From the NCBI GenBank assembly GCA_012862495.1, contig BLSG01000449.1:119483-167856 (forward strand): 48,374 nucleotides of DNA, written 5' to 3'. This stretch comes from Thraustochytrium aureum. Taxonomy: Eukaryota. The notes beneath the pieces are model-generated. The model saw nothing but the letters and a program-made list of their open reading frames with translations, did no database searches and was not told the origin of the DNA. Made by a program: the position numbers and the translations under genes. Shown here one piece after another: positions 31,116-41,143 of the stretch. Within the stretch, counting starts at the first letter, position 1. Each line of letters opens with the position of its first letter.

Positions 31116-31808
31116 TCAGTGCGCCTTGGTCTTGTCGTAGCCCGAAGTGGGCTTGACATAGCCGGACGGCTCGCTGACCCAGGTCGGGAACGAGCTGTGC
31201 AGAGCGCCCTGGAGGAGCGTCGGGTTGAAGATCTGGTAGCCAGACTTCCAGTACGCCGGGATGTCGGTGAAGGGGTCGGTGATGAACTTGACGTACCAGT
31301 GCATCGAGACCATGAACCCGTACCGGTACCAGAGGAGCGCGACGCGGCCGAAGACGACAGAGAAGGTGACAACGAGCCAGGCCTGCGCGAGCGAGATCTG
31401 GATGTCGGTGGTCAGGGAAATCTGGCCGAGGATGAGGGCGGGGACGATGCCGTAGGTGACGCAGATCTTGACCTTGTTCTCCGTGTCGAAGCCGAGCATG
31501 GCCTGCTCCTTCTCGTGGCACGGCGGCTCGAACACGTAGTGGCCGGCCTGGCGAAGGATGAGCGAGGTGAGGCCGATGTACATCGCGCTCTCGTAGTCGT
31601 TGTACATAATGGCGTAGCAGTAGATGAACATGCTCGAGCTGATCAAGTGCAGCCACTGGTTGATCAGGTTGCTGTGCGAGGCGTGGTGGTCAATCTCCTT
31701 CTGCTTCATCACAGCGGCGATAAACCCGCTGCTGTGGTCAACAACCGGCTGGGTCGGCAGCTGCACCTCCTCCTTGGGCGCCGCGGCTTTCTTGGCGTTC
31801 TTGGTCAT
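31116..31808 (-). CDS. Mpo1/DUF962-like membrane protein (putative Fe-dependent dioxygenase)
   Basis: His motifs HSNLINQWLH and RQAGHYVFE mirror the Mpo1 HxNxxNxxxH and QxxGHxxFE motifs. Several hydrophobic helices; strongly G/C-ending codons; AGGATG start. Confidence 0.78.
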   Translation of the reverse strand: MTKNAKKAAAPKEEVQLPTQPVVDHSSGFIAAVMKQKEIDHHASHSNLINQWLHLISSSMFIYCYAIMYNDYESAMYIGLTSLILRQAGHYVFEPPCHEKEQAMLGFDTENKVKICVTYGIVPALILGQISLTTDIQISLAQAWLVVTFSVVFGRVALLWYRYGFMVSMHWYVKFITDPFTDIPAYWKSGYQIFNPTLLQGALHSSFPTWVSEPSGYVKPTSGYDKTKAH

Positions 31809-33921
31809 CCTGCTCGCTCTCGCTCGTGAGTCCTCCTCCTCCTCCTCCTCCTTGTCGAGCCGCTGCTGGCTGCTGCTGGGCGGCTGCTGCTGGGCTGCTG
31901 CGGGTCGTCCTGCGATGGAGGTTGGGGGTCTGCCTGCTTGCGCCCGCGTGAATTGTAGTTTCAGCCTCCTCTCCTGTGCCCTCCCTCACAAACGGCGCTT
32001 TGCCCCTCAGGGCCTCCCTGCTAGCGCGCGAGTACTTCTGAGAGGGAACCAGAGAAACAGGGAAACAGCCTCCTCGAGAGCCGTCACGCGCCAGGCTCCG
32101 CTGTGAGGAGAACCGCCGGCCCTCCTCCTGCGGAGCGTTGAGGCGGCCTGTGAGGGGCAGCGGCAAACGCCTTCGAATCTCCTCCGCTCGCCTGAGAGGA
32201 CAGCGGTGCAATGCCTCGCTCGCCCTCACGGCAGGATGTGAGGGCGAAGGCCCGTTGTGGCGGGGCTTGTGAGGGGACGGCGGGTGACGCAGTGTGCGGC
32301 TGGGAGGGCGCGTCTCTCGCCACTTTCCGGCCACTTTCCGGGGGAAACCGCCTCCTCAGCAACGCGTATCGGTCAGGAAGGATGCCTCGAAACAGGGCGC
32401 CAGATTCGGGAAAAACTGCCGCCGCCGCCGCCAGCGTGGTGTGCGTGCAGCTGCGCCGGGTCTCGTTCCGCCGGCCACGCGCCGCCGACCGCTCGGGGCC
32501 ATCTGCAGCGTGAGGAACGCGAGCGAACCGACTGCACGGGACCCCGCGCCGCGGCGGCGCGGTTTGCCAAGTGGGAAACGTGCTCGAGGCGCGCCTGGGT
32601 TGAATCTCCAAGATGCCGCTCGGGCCAGATTCCGCGCAATGCGGAGGACGCGTCCATCGTGGGCCCTCGCAGGCACGCAGGCACGCACGCCGGCACGCAC
32701 GCACCAGCACGTTCGGAAGGAGGATGCGCCGTGGCGCCAGTCACGCGCGTGGCGCAGCGCCCCGCCCCGATCGATCGATCGACCGTCGATGGATTTTTAT
32801 TTTTGTTGTCGTTGACGCAGGGGCTTTCTTTCTTTGGCTTGCTCCTCGGTTGCGGGAGCGCCACAAGGGGCTCGCTGAGATTCGAGCGTGATTCTATCCT
32901 TCGCTGCGGTGCGCTTCGGGCGACAGCGCGAGGATTCAACGGAGGTTCGTTCGCAAATCATTTTCCACTGGGCCTGAGCGGGATCCCGCCCATGCGCCGC
33001 GCATCCGTGCAAGCAACTGCAAGCAAGGCCAGGTGCAGCAGCAGCAGAAAGAGGTGGGCGAAGGCAGGCAGGCAGGCAGGCAAGCCAGGAGGCTTTCAGC
33101 GCAACAGCTCGTCGCAAGGCAGCCATGAAGAACCACCACCCACCAGCCCAGCCCGCCCGACCTTCGCAGTTATGCGCACTGGTCTGCGGATTGATGATTG
33201 CGAGAAGTAGAGAACTACATCATCAGAAGCAGAACAGATGCGATGCGATGCGTGCCACACTGCCATTGCGGGGTCTCTGGCTTTCCTTCCTTGCTCCGAG
33301 GACCACGCGCGACTCGACAGACCGGGCGGCGGCCAGGCAGGACGTGCACGCCCGCCAGGTAGCCTGGCTGGCTGGCTGCAGGCAGTGCGTGCATGTTGTG
33401 TCGTTGTTTGTGGCATGGATTGCCGCAGAGCCAGCCTCTCGCCGCGATGTGAGGCCCTGGCGGATCCTGCGGCTCGCCTCAGCGGGGGAACGAACGGGTT
33501 GGTGCTCTCAAGGCGCTTCGGAGGAGCCGAGCAGTCTTGCGCCTCCCGCACGCAGAGGCAGACCGGGGCTGNNNNNNNNNNNNNNNNNNNNNNNNNNNNN
33601 NNNNNNNNNNNNNNNNNNNNNNNNNNNNNNNNNNNNNNNNNNNNNNNNNNNNNNNNNNNNNNNNNNNNNNNNNNNNNNNNNNNNNNNNNNNNNNCAAAAA
33701 AAAGACGTGTTTTTCTCCTGAGGCAGACTCCTCAGGCTGAGATAGATAGGCAGAGGAAGGAGAGGAGCACTCTACCTCCTTCCCAACAGAGATACGAGGT
33801 GGCGCAGCAGACCCGAAACGAGCTGCGAGGCGCGTCGGAGAGCCCTGCGGATCGACCGCGCACGCGCACGCCTGCAGAGACCCCAGCGCAAGGAGGGCAC
33901 GGAAAGGCAGGGACCGAGAGG

Positions 33922-35928
33922 ATGAGCCTCGCGGAGATGCTCCCGGGCGGCGCCGCGTTCTGGCTGGCGAAAAGCAGCGACGCCTGCACGTGGAGCCCGT
34001 TGGTGGTCATGTCGCTCGGCAGCTTCACGCTCTCGCAGCTGACCAAGATGTCCTCTCAATGCCTGTTCTTCGGGATGGGCGCCACGACGATCATGCTGAC
34101 CATGGACAAGCTCGAGCTGGCCGTGCCCGCGCTCCTGGTCAAGGCCCTCGGCGTGGTCGTTCTGGGCCTGCACGTCCCGATGATGAACAAGAAGCAGTCC
34201 TGGGCGTTCATTTGCTCGATGGCTCTGGTCGCTGGCGGCATCGCCACCGGGCGCGTCGACGACGTCAAGGTGGTCTTTGCGCTGGCGAGCCTGCTGATGC
34301 TGGCCCACCGCACCTTCCTGACGCTGTTGACGGTCGCGGCCTCGACGCCTACCCCGATGGTGTTTCCGATCGTGTCGCACATCATGCCTCGCTGGTCGTT
34401 CAGCGACCACGAGTTTTTCCGCACCGACAACCCGCCCGAGCAAGTCGCCCTCAAGCGCGAGCGCGCGTTCCTTGCCCTCAACGACAAGTGGGGCAAAAAG
34501 TTCCCCAAGTCGATCGCGGAGAGCGCCTACCTGGGCGACAAGTTCAGCGACCTGCGGTTTTGCGCGGGGAACCGCGTGTTCATTCCCTTTCAGCGCAAGC
34601 TCGAGACGTGGTGCGACCCCTGCACCGTGATTGAAAAGGCAGACCGCACCGACCTGATCGATGTTGACGGCCACCGCCTGACCGATGTGAGCGGCTCGTA
34701 TGGCGTCAACGTATGCGGCTACGACGAGTACAAGCGCTTCATCAAGGAGGGCTTTGAGCTCACCAAGGACGTGGGCTGCGTCCTGGGCCCGCTGCACCCG
34801 CTCATCCGCGAAAACATCGACATGCTCCGGCAGATCTCGGGCAAGGAGGAGGTCTCCTTCCACATGAGCGGCACGGAGGCCGTCATGTGCGCCACGCGCC
34901 TCGTCCGCTTCAACACGCGCAAAAAGTTTATCGTGCTCTTTGGCGGCGCTTACCACGGCTGGTGGGACGGCGTGCAGTCTATGGCCGGGAACGAGCGGTC
35001 GCCTGCCGATGTGCTCACCCTCAAGGACATGAGCCCCGCCTCGATGAGCGTGATCCGCTGGCGCGCGCACGAAATCGCCGCCGTGATCATCAACCCGCTG
35101 CAGGCCTTCCACCCCAACTCGCCTCCGCCGAGCGACCTCGTGCTCGCGAGCAATCTCCGCGGGGCCAGCGACTCGACCAAGGCGTACAAGGCCTGGCTGG
35201 AGGAGATGCGCAGCACCTGCACGGAGCTCGGCATCGCGCTCGTGTTTGACGAGGTCTACACGGGTTTTCGCCTCGCCCCGGGCGGCGCACAAGAGTACTT
35301 TGGCGTCAACGCTGACATGGTCGTCTATGGCAAGACGCTGGGCGGCGGCATCGCCAACGGCATCGTTTGCGGCCCGCGCAAGCTCATGTGCCGCTCGGAC
35401 CCCATCAAGCCGCTGCGCGTGGCCTACGTGATTGGGACTTTTGCGGGCCACCCCCTCCTCGTTGGCGCAATGAACCGCTTCCTCAAGTGGGTCACCGCGC
35501 CCACGACGCGCCAGGAGTACAACCGCCTGCGCAAAGACGTCGCGGAATGGGTCGTGGACGTCAACGCGCGCCTTGAAAAGGAGTTTCCCAAGTCGACCGC
35601 GCCTCTCGCCATTGCGGCATATTCTAGCGTCTGGACCATGCTCTACAAGCGCCCAGGGCGCTACCATTGGATGCTCCAGTATTACCTCAAGGACGAGGGG
35701 CTCAACCTGTCCTGGGTTGGCACGGGCCGCCTCAGCCTCTCGCTAGACTACCAGCGCAAGGACCTTGACATGATCACCGAGAAGATCGTGCGCGCATGCC
35801 ACCGCATGGAGGAGGACGGATGGTGGTGGGTCCAGGAGGGCAACGCCCCGTCCAAGGGCGGCATTCAGCTCAACCTCGTCACCGAGATCGTAAAGGCCCT
35901 CGGTCGTCGGGTGCTCGGCGCGGCCTAG
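33922..35928 (+). CDS. Membrane-anchored class-III PLP aminotransferase (GSA-aminomutase-like)
   Basis: Motifs DVDGHRLTD, SGTEAVM, GAYHG, FDEVYTGFR..PGGAQEYFGV.ADM..YGKTLGGG and GTFAGHP. About 150 hydrophobic N-terminal residues precede the catalytic domain; AGGATG start at 33922. Confidence 0.9.
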   Translation: MSLAEMLPGGAAFWLAKSSDACTWSPLVVMSLGSFTLSQLTKMSSQCLFFGMGATTIMLTMDKLELAVPALLVKALGVVVLGLHVPMMNKKQSWAFICSMALVAGGIATGRVDDVKVVFALASLLMLAHRTFLTLLTVAASTPTPMVFPIVSHIMPRWSFSDHEFFRTDNPPEQVALKRERAFLALNDKWGKKFPKSIAESAYLGDKFSDLRFCAGNRVFIPFQRKLETWCDPCTVIEKADRTDLIDVDGHRLTDVSGSYGVNVCGYDEYKRFIKEGFELTKDVGCVLGPLHPLIRENIDMLRQISGKEEVSFHMSGTEAVMCATRLVRFNTRKKFIVLFGGAYHGWWDGVQSMAGNERSPADVLTLKDMSPASMSVIRWRAHEIAAVIINPLQAFHPNSPPPSDLVLASNLRGASDSTKAYKAWLEEMRSTCTELGIALVFDEVYTGFRLAPGGAQEYFGVNADMVVYGKTLGGGIANGIVCGPRKLMCRSDPIKPLRVAYVIGTFAGHPLLVGAMNRFLKWVTAPTTRQEYNRLRKDVAEWVVDVNARLEKEFPKSTAPLAIAAYSSVWTMLYKRPGRYHWMLQYYLKDEGLNLSWVGTGRLSLSLDYQRKDLDMITEKIVRACHRMEEDGWWWVQEGNAPSKGGIQLNLVTEIVKALGRRVLGAA

Positions 35929-36426
35929 TCTTGGCTGAAGTGAGTCTTGCGTGGGTAGCTATTAGCTTGGGCTCTGCTCTAGCTTCCGATATAAAAGTGC
36001 AACAACGAGCGTCGCCGTTCCAACAGTTTCCCCATACCGACGCGACATATGAGTTGTATTCGGCGCACGACGAGAAATCCCTCAACGGTGATGAAAGCGC
36101 AGCGAGCACTAAAGGAAGGAATGAAAACCAGATGGATCAATCCTAAGACGAGGCCAAGCATGCCGTCGCCCAGCAGAGATTTCTTCTTGATTGAAAGACT
36201 ATGGTGCGGTTGTATGTATTGTANNNNNNNNNNNNNNNNNNNNNNNNNNNNNNNNNNNNNNNNNNNNNNNNNNNNNNNNNNNNNNNNNNNNNNNNNNNNN
36301 NNNNNNNNNNNNNNNNNNNNNNNNNNNNNNNNNNNNNNNNNNNNNNNNNNNNNNNNNNNNNNNNNNNNNNNNNNNNNNNNNNNNNNNNNNNNNNNNNNNN
36401 NNNNNNNNNNGAAAGACCGCACGAGG

Positions 36427-38544
36427 CTACTTCACAAATCTGATGACAGGAATACCGCAGTGCAGCCCAGCGCCCTCCTGGGCTGCCTGCTGCACCCGCA
36501 AGGAGACCGTTCGCGCATCGAGATAAAGGCGCGCAAGCGCTCCCGCACCCTCGCTGTCCTCTGCGCAAACTGCCTGCCATTGATATGACGGAGAACCCGC
36601 TCGAGCACTTTGGCGCCGCCGCAGCGCGCCAAGGATTGCAAGCACCGTGGAGTCCATTATCGTGCTACCCGTGAGATTCATAGTCCTCAGCGTCCGTGCC
36701 CTCGTCGCGACACGGCACAGCGGCCCGATCAGGTCGTCGAGGGCCGACACGTTGCAGCTTAGGTCGAGCACCTCGAGCCGCGAGCTGCAGTCTGCGTGCG
36801 CAAGCTCCATGAGAAAGAGACGCATGTCTGAGAGAGTGAGATTGCAAGCGCGAAGCACGAGCTGCCGCAGACAAGCCATCCCCACCACTGCCTCCGTGAA
36901 AGCCGCAAACGCCTTGCGAGAGCCACTAATCCCGCTCCCGATGAACCGGCTCAGGCTCAGGTCAACAACGGCAAGCTTGCAGCACGTGCTGGGCCCCATC
37001 GCTCGAAGCAAAGCTGCAGCGCCAAGGGCGCCCAGCGCATCGCGGATTCTGAGCTCTGCCAAGGCAGAGTCCTGGGCTAGTGCGGCCCCAAGCGCGGTGG
37101 CTGCTGCGAGGCCGGCCTCTCCTTGCTGCTCGTGTGGCGCCACGAGCTGTGCGCCGCTCAAGTTGAGAGCAGCAAGGTGTAGCCCGGTCCGTTGAGCGCC
37201 GGCCAGCGCTGCCGCGAGGGCTTGGACTCCGGCGGATCCCGGCACGCCGTCTACCACGAGGTGGCGCAGTGCACAGCCCTCGGCGAGGCCGGCCCAAAGC
37301 GCCCTCCACGCCGACTCGCCAAGCCCGTTTCGAGACAGGTTGACGCGCAAGAGGCAAGGGGCGGCCGCTATCGCCCCAGCGAGACAGCAGCCCCCGGCGT
37401 CGCCGAGCTGGTTGCGCTCTAGCCCGAGTACCACTAGTCGCCAGCCGCCACGCAGCGCGCCGGCCAGCGCGCGCGCGTCTTGCTCGTCGAGCCAGTTGCC
37501 GCTCAGAAGCAGCTTGCGCAGCGGGCTTTGCGCGTGGGCAAGCGTGGCGGCGCCTCCCGGGCCCAGCCCGACGCGACGCAGGTTCAGCTCGCGAAGCCGG
37601 CCCGCGTCGAGGACAGCGGCAGCGATGTCGGCGGCCCCCTTTGGCCCAATCGGGTTGTGCGCAAGACTGAGGCGCTCAAGCGGTGCGCCACCGCGAAGCA
37701 AGCCTTCTGCCAGGACGGCAGCACCTAGCGCACAAATCCCGTTCGAAGCGAGGTCGAGCGAGACCAGGCTGCGGGAGCCACTGCCGGCAAGGGACAGCGC
37801 AGAGAGGCCCTCCAGTCCCAGGGTTGCGTGGCGGAGGGCGAGCTCGCGGAGGGGCGCGCCGTGCGAGATTGCCTCGGCAATGGCGCAAGCGCCAGCAGGG
37901 CCAATGTCAGGGTTCCAGCCCGCCTCGTGGCTCCCCGCGTCAGCCCCGGCAGGGGATTGTTGGATCGACAGAACCTGGATGCCCGACCGCGGAAGAGCTT
38001 TTGCCAACGCGACCGCCCCTGCTCGACCAAAGTAGCACGAGTTGAGCGACAAGGCGCGAAGGGCTCCGTCGGGCCGCAGCCCACGGACCAGGTCCTCGAC
38101 CCCGAGGTCCCCGAGCGGGTTGCGGTCAAGCACCAGCACTTGAAGCGCGTCGTTTGTCAACAGTGCGTTTGCCAAGGCGCGGCACACGATGCGATCGATG
38201 TGCTCTTGCGCGAGACTCAGGCCTTGGACCTTGGTCGACTTGGCCCCGAGCTTGCGCACGAGCTGGAAGAGCTCGGCGCTGTCCCCGCGAAACGCGAGCC
38301 GCACTGCCGCGCTCTTGACGTCCTGCACGACGCGCTCGGCCTCCTCCAGCGAGGAAACCTCGACAGGGCCGGCGAGGTGCCACACGAGTTTCAAGCAGTC
38401 CTCGGGGAGCAGTTCGAGGCGGCAGCGTCGCCGAGCCGCGCGGCCGGCACATGCGACCTGCGTCGGCTTGTCCCGCACCGCCTCCGCCGGCCTTGCGCTC
38501 TTGACGATTCTCTCGGCGCGAGCGCCGCTGGCTGCGCATCCCAT
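36427..38544 (-). CDS. Ribonuclease-inhibitor-like LRR protein with N-terminal MGCxxS acylation motif
   Basis: Repeats such as LQVLVLDRNPLGDLG, LVSLDLASNGICALG, LERLSLAHNPIGPKG and LVVLGLERNQLGDAG. The protein starts MGCAASG. Confidence 0.85.
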   Translation of the reverse strand: MGCAASGARAERIVKSARPAEAVRDKPTQVACAGRAARRRCRLELLPEDCLKLVWHLAGPVEVSSLEEAERVVQDVKSAAVRLAFRGDSAELFQLVRKLGAKSTKVQGLSLAQEHIDRIVCRALANALLTNDALQVLVLDRNPLGDLGVEDLVRGLRPDGALRALSLNSCYFGRAGAVALAKALPRSGIQVLSIQQSPAGADAGSHEAGWNPDIGPAGACAIAEAISHGAPLRELALRHATLGLEGLSALSLAGSGSRSLVSLDLASNGICALGAAVLAEGLLRGGAPLERLSLAHNPIGPKGAADIAAAVLDAGRLRELNLRRVGLGPGGAATLAHAQSPLRKLLLSGNWLDEQDARALAGALRGGWRLVVLGLERNQLGDAGGCCLAGAIAAAPCLLRVNLSRNGLGESAWRALWAGLAEGCALRHLVVDGVPGSAGVQALAAALAGAQRTGLHLAALNLSGAQLVAPHEQQGEAGLAAATALGAALAQDSALAELRIRDALGALGAAALLRAMGPSTCCKLAVVDLSLSRFIGSGISGSRKAFAAFTEAVVGMACLRQLVLRACNLTLSDMRLFLMELAHADCSSRLEVLDLSCNVSALDDLIGPLCRVATRARTLRTMNLTGSTIMDSTVLAILGALRRRQSARAGSPSYQWQAVCAEDSEGAGALARLYLDARTVSLRVQQAAQEGAGLHCGIPVIRFVK

Positions 38545-39185
38545 TCGCACTTCCCTGCCTTGCTGTTCCGTCGAGCGATCGAGAGTCAGTCCCGCCCAAG
38601 CCGCGCGCCGCGTGACGCATTACCGAGCGACAGGACGAGCATCTCTCGTCACTTAGGGTCGTTAGTGACGAGGGCGGGGTCCTTGCGCGACGTGAATCAC
38701 CAAAACGCGCTCCGAGTCGGCGACTCTTGAATACTTAGATTTAGTGGATCGGACAGAGCTGCCCGTTTGGCTCGTTCTGGAGGACCAACTTTGATGTTGC
38801 AGACGATGAACCACCGTGACAGATCAGAAGAGCGCATGCGTTGCGAGGTCGTACTACAGCGCGTGGCTTTGACTGTCGCTGTGCACGTGCAACGGAAATC
38901 AGCAACAAAACTGAGCATGCTTCACTTCTTTTATTGATTCTTGAAATGAATCAAGAACAGACAGTGTGGAGGACAAACGGGCATCACGAACAGGGCTGTG
39001 TTCTACGGTGTTCTACGGTGTTNNNNNNNNNNNNNNNNNNNNNNNNNNNNNNNNNNNNNNNNNNNNNNNNNNNNNNNNNNNNNNNNNNNNNNNNNNNNNN
39101 NNNNNNNNNNNNNNNNNNNNNNNNNNNNNNNNNNNNNNNNNNNNNNNNNNNNNNNNNNNNNNNNNNNNNNNNNNNNNNNNNNNNN

Positions 39186-41115
39186 GGGCGCACAGGAGGA
39201 GGAGCGGCTGCAAAGCCTCGCACGTTTTGAGATTCTGGACACGGAAGAGGACCCCAGCTTTGACCGGCTGACGCAGCTGGCCGCGAGGCTCTTTGACTGC
39301 CCGATCTCGCTGGTCAGCCTGGTCGACAGGGACAGGCAGTGGTTCAAGTCGCACACTGGACTCGCGGCGCGCGAGACTCCGCGAAGCCTTGCGTTTTGCA
39401 ACTACGTGGTCGCCGACCGCAACCTGGACGTTTTCGTGGTCAACGACGCGGACCAGGACCCACGGTTCTGCGGCAATGCCCTCGTGACGGGGCATCCACA
39501 CATCCGCTTTTACGCCGGCGCTCCCATCGTGCTTGGGGGCGAGAAGAGCCTGGTCGCAGGGAGCTTGTGCGTAATCAGCGACAAGCGCCGCGCCGCACCG
39601 TTTAGCGACAGCGACAAGGCAAACCTAAAAGACCTCGCCCTCGCCGTGGCAGACCTGATGGAGTTGCACCGAGAAAGCGTGCGTCGCATGGAGAGGGTCA
39701 ACCGACAGCGCATTGTGTCGCTCGGTCACGCGCTGCGCAACCCCTTGCATATGTTCAACCACTCGCTTGCACATCTAGCGGAGGAGATAGCGGCGCAGAA
39801 GCCACTGGGGGCCGAGCACCTGGCGGGCATGCAATCTGCCTTTGAGTCGCTCATGGATTGCGTGCACAACATGTCGGTCACAGACCAGCACGAAGTCCTG
39901 CAAGCGCCGCTCCGCCCGTCAAACGTAAACCTGAGCTTGCTACTGCGCGAAGTTATCGCATGGGCACGGATGCACGTGCCCGGTGTCGACTTTGACCTTG
40001 TACTCGGTGAGACCCGCGCGCAGAGCTGCTGGCCTGCCGTCGACACCGGGGCCGCCGCGAAAGGCTCGTGCCCCGGGCCTGCCACGTTTGGCGTTTCAGA
40101 GCAAGGGGAAAAGTTGCAGGGAACGACGGGGCAGCAGAAGAGCGTGCCCGGCCGCCGCAACGACGGCGATTTCTCCGGTATCTGTGTTCGCGTCGACAAG
40201 GCAAAGTGCCGCCTGGTCTTGGAAAACATGCTGGGGATTGCGATTCGTGGGCTATTTCAAACGGTCCACAAGTGGTGCTGCGAAGAGCTCGCCCAGGTTG
40301 ACGACGTCCCGGCTACCTGCGCAACCCCGGCCGGGGTGCGCGGAAACCAGCCCAAACGAGTAGCGATAGCCATCTCGTGCGTCGAGAGGAGCGGCGATGG
40401 CGGACCAGACCTTGTGAGGATACGGATCGAAGGGAATGGGTTTCCTCCGCGTGTGCTCCGAGACCTGCGATCCTCGTCCCGTTCGCGGATAGTCAGTGAG
40501 CACTTGGACATGTGCGTATCGCTGAGCTTGCAGAATGGGCTTCGCTTCGACTTTACCGAGCCGGAGACTGCGGCCACCTCGATGAGATTCGGGATGGAGC
40601 TCTTCCTACCCGTTGCCGCTCTCCTGACCCCACCGCAAGCGAGCAAGGACATGCAAGTCTCGCTCGAGGGGGCGGACAAGGGATGGGGGATCGAGCTAGC
40701 GCCGTCCCTCGCGCGCGCGGCGAGCAGCAGCCGGTCCGTGCCTGTGTCCATGAGCGAGCTCGTGGTGGTCTGCGCGGAAGACGAGATAACAAACCGGCTC
40801 ATTCTTGTGCGGCTACTCAGACGAATGGGCGTGGCCGAGTCAAATATTGTCATGTTTGAGGATGGCGACGAGATGCTCGATCGAACGTTCGTGTCCCAGC
40901 CTCACATTTGCTTGCTGGACATAGTAATGAACCGGATGAACGGTGACGAGGCCTGCCGTCGCCTTCGCGCAAGGGGGTGGGATTGCCCGATGATTGCAAC
41001 AACGGGGAACGGGGGATCCGAGGAAGAGTTGATGAAGGCCGGCTTCACCTCGGCAGTCTTCAAGCCCTTTTCTGCCAAAGATCTTGAGCAGGCCATCCGC
41101 CGCTCTGTGTGGTAA
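39186..41115 (+). CDS. GAF - HisKA - degenerate HATPase - receiver hybrid sensor (5' end lost in N gap)
   Basis: GAF: EEERL..L..FEILDT..D..FDRLT.LAARLF.CPISLVSLVD.DRQWFKS..G...ETPR..AFC. H-box LGHALRNPL. Receiver: CAEDE..N...LLDIVM..MNG...IATTG...KPF. Confidence 0.85.
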
Positions 41116-41116
41116 T

Positions 41117-41143
41117 CACAACAACAACAACAACAACAACAAC
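41117..41143. repeat. (ACA)n microsatellite
   Basis: Read directly just after the sensor stop codon. Confidence 0.85.

Noticed and set aside
33922..35928. Canonical hemL / tetrapyrrole GSA aminomutase
   Set aside because: It has the family fold, but also a long membrane N-terminus and divergent subfamily motifs. The gene symbol is withheld.
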